Source: Setoptus koraiensis (taxonomy: Eukaryota > Animalia > Arthropoda). From it: a DNA stretch of 64,000 nt. Shown in pieces: positions 58,901-64,000 of this stretch; positions within the stretch are counted from its first letter, which is position 1, and every line of letters starts with the position of its first letter. Below the pieces are notes generated by a model, which saw nothing but the letters and a program-made list of their open reading frames with translations, did no database searches and was not told the DNA's origin. The stretch is taken from assembly GCA_048013815.1 (NCBI GenBank), contig CM106585.1:12834001-12898000 (forward strand). Reading direction: 5' to 3'. Both the position numbers and the translations under genes were made by a program.

Positions 58901-61900
58901 GGGCCCCGCGCACACGAGCGCACGATTGGCCGCGTTGCCATTTTGTTGGTTGTCGTTGTTGTCGTTGCTGTTATTGTTGCGGCTTGTTTATTGGGCGATC
59001 GATCTATTCGCATAGGCAGCATGATTGCGTCACATTGGCGTGTGTCACACGCGGTGCCAGTGGCCCGCGCACAGCATGCTGCAATTGGGGCCCCATTGCT
59101 GCGCGCGAAGCCGTGGACCCGATTGGGGCCCCACTGGCAGCGTGCTGGCAGCGCTGCACGCACAAGACTAGCTGCCGAACCAAAACTGCTGACTGCTGCG
59201 AAACTGGAAGAAGCCATCTAAGCGACTCCATACAAAACACATCAGGTGAGCCGATTCGCCTGATGTGTTTTGTTGCCGGCCGCCGAGAGCGAGCGGGGGC
59301 CCCGCACGCTTGCACAAACTCGCTCGGCACAAAGCGACTCGCACAGAGCTCACACTGGCGAGCTAATGGATTCAAGAAGCACTCCGGCGATCGGCCCACG
59401 GCTCGGTCGCTGGCTGGCTCGGGCCGGATCGGGCCGGGCCGGATCGCCGACTGCGACACGTTGTGGCGTGTCGAGATGGATGAGAGTGTCGGGCGAGACC
59501 ATTTGAATGTTGCAATAATGCGCCTCGTGGCGCGCCTGAATTATTGTGCTGCTGTGCCGGCGACTTGCAAAGTGCTCGCATAGTTGGCACAGACTAGTGA
59601 GTCGGTGCTCCTGACTCAGTAGTACCGAGTCATGGGGTAGCGGGCAAGTTGCAAATGGCCGGCCCGCGGATTAACGCCGCCGTCCGTTGTATGTGGCTGC
59701 CGGGCCCCAAAGTGACAACAACTTGCTAATGGGCGCCCGCGACCAGTAACGTGGCCAATGTGGCCTAAGCCAACTTGGCACACTTGTTATCATCATTATT
59801 ATTATGCTTCCGTTGCGTGCCCGCTGGTGCCCGTCGGTGGCCGCTCGTGCCACTGGGGGCCCACGACTGTCGCCCAGTGGCGCAGCTCATCAAGCGAGCA
59901 TCAAGATCAAGAAGCGTCTTGTCGTGCGCCAAGCAGATAATTACTTTCAGCCACTGAGCCACTCGCTACATGCTTGCCAGTGGGGCCCCATATCGTGTCG
60001 CCGTCGTTGTTGTTTCGGGCCCTCCGAGCGAAAAGCGAGCATAAAATCGTTTATGCGGCCGCCTCGCCAGCGCCACCCGAAGCTGGCCTAATTACTCGCA
60101 GTGATTGTGCCACCCACTCAGAGGGGCGGCCGCCATTGCGCTCTTTGTTTCTCTCTTCGGTCTGTTCACTTCTGTGGCTCGGTCTGTTCGGCCGCCCCAC
60201 TGTTCGGTCGCCTCTCTGTGCGGTCGCCTCTCTGTGCGTTCGCTTCTGGGGCCTCTGTCGCGCCAGAAGCCACTCCCGGGAGTCGGGAGTGGAGCGGCGC
60301 ACCGCGCCGGCGGAAGGCAAAAAGCGGCCAGCGAGCACACGAGCCCGAGCTAGTGCGAGTCTGAAAAGTTTTCCGCTGGCCCGCCGACCGTCTCAGTGCG
60401 CGCCAGTCTTTGCGACTCGCCGCCCGCGAGTATCTGGCGGCTCACCGCCGCGAGTATCTGGCGGCTCGCGAGCGGCAGCCCGGCGCTCGCAACTGGCTCG
60501 CAACTGGCTCGCAATTGGCGGCTCGCATCTGGGGCCCGTCAGATACGGGCCGGGCAAGACGGACCCGACCGACAACCAGCAGCCAGCAGCCGACAACCGA
60601 CAGCCAGCGAATAGCGACTCGCAACTGACGACTGCCAGCGCCCGGCATCCGGCCCGGCGCTAAATCAATTTCGCTGGCGATGCACGGGCCCATCCAGTGG
60701 CGCCCTCGTTGCCGCGCGTCTGTCATAAATATGTCTGTCTGAAATATGCCCGCCACTGTTGTGCATTGCAACAGTCTCGCCTAGTACTACTAGGCTAGTA
60801 GGCAGCGCAACAAACGGGCCAGTAGGAGCCCCACAAACGAGCCAATAGGCACAATTTATATAAATCAGCAGCCGATAATGCCCGACAAAGTCGCAAATCG
60901 GATGCGCGCTTATGTATGAATGCGCCAATGACACCGTCGCGTGCATCGCGCGCATCATGCGGATATACCAAGACACAGGCAAGCGCAGACAAGGGCCCCA
61001 TTTGGGCAAATTCAATCATCTCTCATGTCGGCATCCAGCGGGCATATTTATTGGCGCATATTATATTGCACTTAGCATATTTTAATGCTGCACGGCGTCG
61101 GCATATCGCACCGTTCAGCCGCTCGCTGCGCGTTTTCTCCCGCCGACCGAGCGCCCCAATATCAGATCTGTGCGCTTGATCAAGCGCTAGATCTGCCGGG
61201 CGCCTCATCTGTGCACAATCTGGCGAGCGGCGCAACGGGCAAAAAATTGAAAAGGGCGACACTTGCGCGCTGTCTGCACTCTTTCGACGAGCTCGCCGGT
61301 CGCCGGTCGACGCTCGCCAAGCGATCGGGCATTCGCGAGGGGCCCGAATGCAGATAAACGCCGAATGCGGACAAATGCCGAGTGCGGATAAACGCCGAAT
61401 GCGGATAAACGCCCAGTGAGCGCCGAATGGGCGCCGAATAAACAAGCCAGCTCGGCGCGGTGGCCCGATTAAACTGCCGACCTGGTGGCGTCAGGCCGAT
61501 AGCATCAGGCCGACGGTATCGGGCCGCCAGCATCGCGGGCCCTTTATAGGCAACGAGATGTAAATAAACACGCCGCTCGGCTTAGCTGCGCTCGCGCCAG
61601 CGAGCTGGGCAATAATTTGAAAATAATTTCCAGCGAAACTTTTGCTGCAAAAGCTGGGCCAATTGAGCCCGCCGGCCGCTGTCCGCTGCGGGCACGGGCG
61701 CTGAGGCCGGTGCGCTGGGCGCGCGCCCAGCCTCTGCAATGCCGCTGCGGTGTCCGCCGCAATGCAATGGTCCGCAGTGGCCGTAATGCAGTGTCCGCCG
61801 TATTGGAGCGGCGGCTAGGTGAGCCGACGGGCCGGACCGGTGTTAGTTGCGTCTCTAGGAGAAGCGTTTGCGTATGATCCGTTGCGCGGCCGCCGAGCCG

Positions 61901-61961
61901 ACGCCAAGCTGCCCGCTGGGGCCCCACGGCGCGATATGCGCCTATGCTCTCAGCTCTGCGT

Positions 61962-62050
61962 CTCATACCATGAGCCTCATACCACGAGCCTCATACCACG
62001 AGCCTCATACCACGAGCCTCATAGTGTGAGCCTCATAGTGTGAGCCTCAT
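61962..62050. repeat. 14-bp tandem repeat, about 6 copies, with a unit switch
   Basis: GAGCCTCATACCAC units change to GAGCCTCATAGTGT units. Confidence 0.9.
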
Positions 62051-62879
62051 GGCGCGAGACGGGCCAGCACTGACAGCTCAGCGCCGAATTGGACGGGACA
62101 GAGTCGGGCGTCAGGCGATTCGGGCAGCGGCCAGTTTCGTTTGATTCGCCCGGCTGGCTCGTTTAAAAATCAATTTCCATTCCGTGCAAAGAGCGCCCGT
62201 TTATCCGCTTGCCGAGGCTTCTTTTTTGTGCGCCTTCGATTATCCCGACACGGACAGAAACAGAGCGAGCCGTTGGTCGTGTTGCGCTGGCGAGCCTTCG
62301 GCCGTGTTGCGCTGGCGAGCTTTCGGTGGTATTGCAATGCGACGTCGATTAGAACAACGCTCGCCAATGGCGAGTCAACCGGGCCCCGTGACAGCCACCG
62401 ACAATGGCGACCGCCGAATAAAATCGCGCCCGTGCAATCGAGCATTCGGGCCCGAAATGATTGACAATGGCGAAAAGAAATTAGAGCGCCCATTGTGTTA
62501 CTGTTGGCTGGCGCGAGCAGCCGCCTGGCAAAATATCATCATGGCCAACATCATCAGCGCCGCCGAGCGGCTTGCCCAAGCAGCGTCAGAGCGAGGGCCA
62601 GCCAGCCAGCAGCGACAATGGGCGCTGCAAATAAAAATCTCGGCGAGCTCGCCGGAGAGAGATCATTAAACGCTCTATTGAATGGTCAAACAACACACAC
62701 ACACAAATAAGAGGAAAAAGATGAGCGGATTGAGTGACGCAACACAATGCGCCCGCCGCACAATTGCCGACCGGCTGGCCCCCGCTAACTGGCGGCCTCG
62801 CCGGACAATGGCCCCGGCTGGCCCTCTCTGGGGCCCCTTTTATGTGGCGGGCCAGCTCGCCAGCAGCCGAGCGACACGA

Positions 62880-62988
62880 GCGACGGGGCCAGCAAAGCGA
62901 CCGAAGCGACGGGGCCAGCAAAGCGACAGAAGCGATGGGGCCAGCGAAACGACAGAAGCGATGGGGCCAGCAGAACGACCGAAGCGAC
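62880..62988. repeat. 26-bp tandem repeat, about 4 copies
   Basis: GCGACGGGGCCAGCAAAGCGACCGAA-type units. Confidence 0.9.
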
Positions 62989-63280
62989 GAGCGGCATTAG
63001 CTGGGCGCGTTGCGCAACGAGTCGCGACAATAATAGTGTGTCTCTATTCGCTGCTCGCCATTCAATTCCGCTAAACAAACAAGCGCGCCAGCGACGCCGA
63101 ATCTATTAGTCGCGAGCGGCGATATTTTTTAATGATCTTGGGCCCCTTTTTTGCGCTCAACTTGCTCGCGCGCGCTCTCAACTGATATGTTGTTGCGTCA
63201 TGCGAGTTGCGTCGCTTGCCGTTGCAGCAATACCAGTGACGCAACAATATCACCGCCAATATACCCAGCAGACAGATAAT

Positions 63281-63330
63281 AGCGACATATAGCGACATAT
63301 AGCGACATAAAGCGACATATAGCGACATAT
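63281..63330. repeat. 10-bp tandem repeat, 5 copies
   Basis: (AGCGACATAT)5 with one substitution. Confidence 0.95.
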
Positions 63331-64000
63331 AGCTGACACGGCCGACGCGGCTGACACGGCTGATATAGCTGTATCGGCGTGTCGCTATCTCGCTGGCTAG
63401 ACGGAGAGCCCGAGAGCCCAAGCGCCGCCCCGGGCGGCGGGTCTTCGGGCTCGGGCCTCGGAGCCACTATTGCGCGCCGGCTAGCCGGCCGGCTGGTCGG
63501 TTGGTCGGCCCACTAGCCAGCCGATGTGCCGCGGATGGCCGGGCCGAGGCTCGGGCCGCCAGTCGGCCAAGTCGCGGGAGCGAAAGGTGCGCGCTGCGAG
63601 CACTTTGCACATTATTACAAAACCGATACTAGTCGCCAGCCGGGGGCCGCATAAGTTATGTGGCCTGTCCGCCCGGATAACGCCAGCAAGACCGCGCCAG
63701 CCAGCCAGCCAGCGGCAGCCTTTCGACGGCGGCGAGGGGCCGCGAGAGGCCGCCAAAAGGTTTATGGCTGGCTGTTATTACTGTTATTACTATTATTGCC
63801 GTCGTTGTGTATTATTATTATTATTATGGCAATCGGTGATGCGTGATGGGGGCCCGATCGCTCTTGGCGCCGGAGTCACGCGGGTCTAGTCGCCGGGCGC
63901 TAGTGTCGTTGGGCTTGCGCCATAACCATTTGTCGCTCCCGCCGCCGTCATTACACTGACTCAGACACTGGCTGGCCAGAGACGCGGGGGCGCGAAGCCA

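Noticed and set aside
30000-63330. Tandem arrays as CRISPR-like repeats
   Set aside because: The units are head-to-tail with no unique spacers, there are no cas genes, and the context is eukaryotic.
25300-64000. Hundreds of 60-250 aa ORFs in the track (poly-C, poly-L, poly-AV, Arg/Ala-rich)
   Set aside because: They are products of GC-rich and tandem-repeat DNA, open in several overlapping frames on both strands, with no domains.

Overview
Eukaryotic genomic DNA with spliceosomal GT-AG introns. The proteins look arthropod-like; a compact-genome acariform mite such as an eriophyoid is my inference, not something the sequence shows. No rRNA, tRNA, CRISPR array or intact transposon was found. 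The window has two very different parts. (1) About 1-25 kb is AT-rich and gene-dense. It holds a 59-aa secreted Gly/Tyr/Arg-rich peptide (two exons, missed by the ORF track), a TBCB-like Ubl protein, an APLF-like FHA protein, a CD151/Tsp74F-type tetraspanin (5 coding exons), SNX1/2, ARP6, TMEM70, a Gasz/ASZ1-like SAM-TM protein and an intronless TRPC (TRPgamma-type) channel. Several of these lack a domain that defines their family: TBCB has no CAP-Gly, APLF has no PBZ zinc fingers and Gasz has no ankyrin repeats. (2) About 25-64 kb is GC/CpG-rich and full of short tandem duplications. It is mostly the introns and upstream region of one hidden minus-strand gene (23792-54109). I rebuilt this gene by hand from phase-compatible exons as a type II membrane protein of about 900 aa: Q-rich cytoplasmic tail, TM helix, SEA, TSP1, a Cys-rich module and LDLa, with no protease domain. 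Nearly all ORF-track entries beyond 25 kb are by-products of repeats. All assignments come from recognising motifs by eye; no database search was run.
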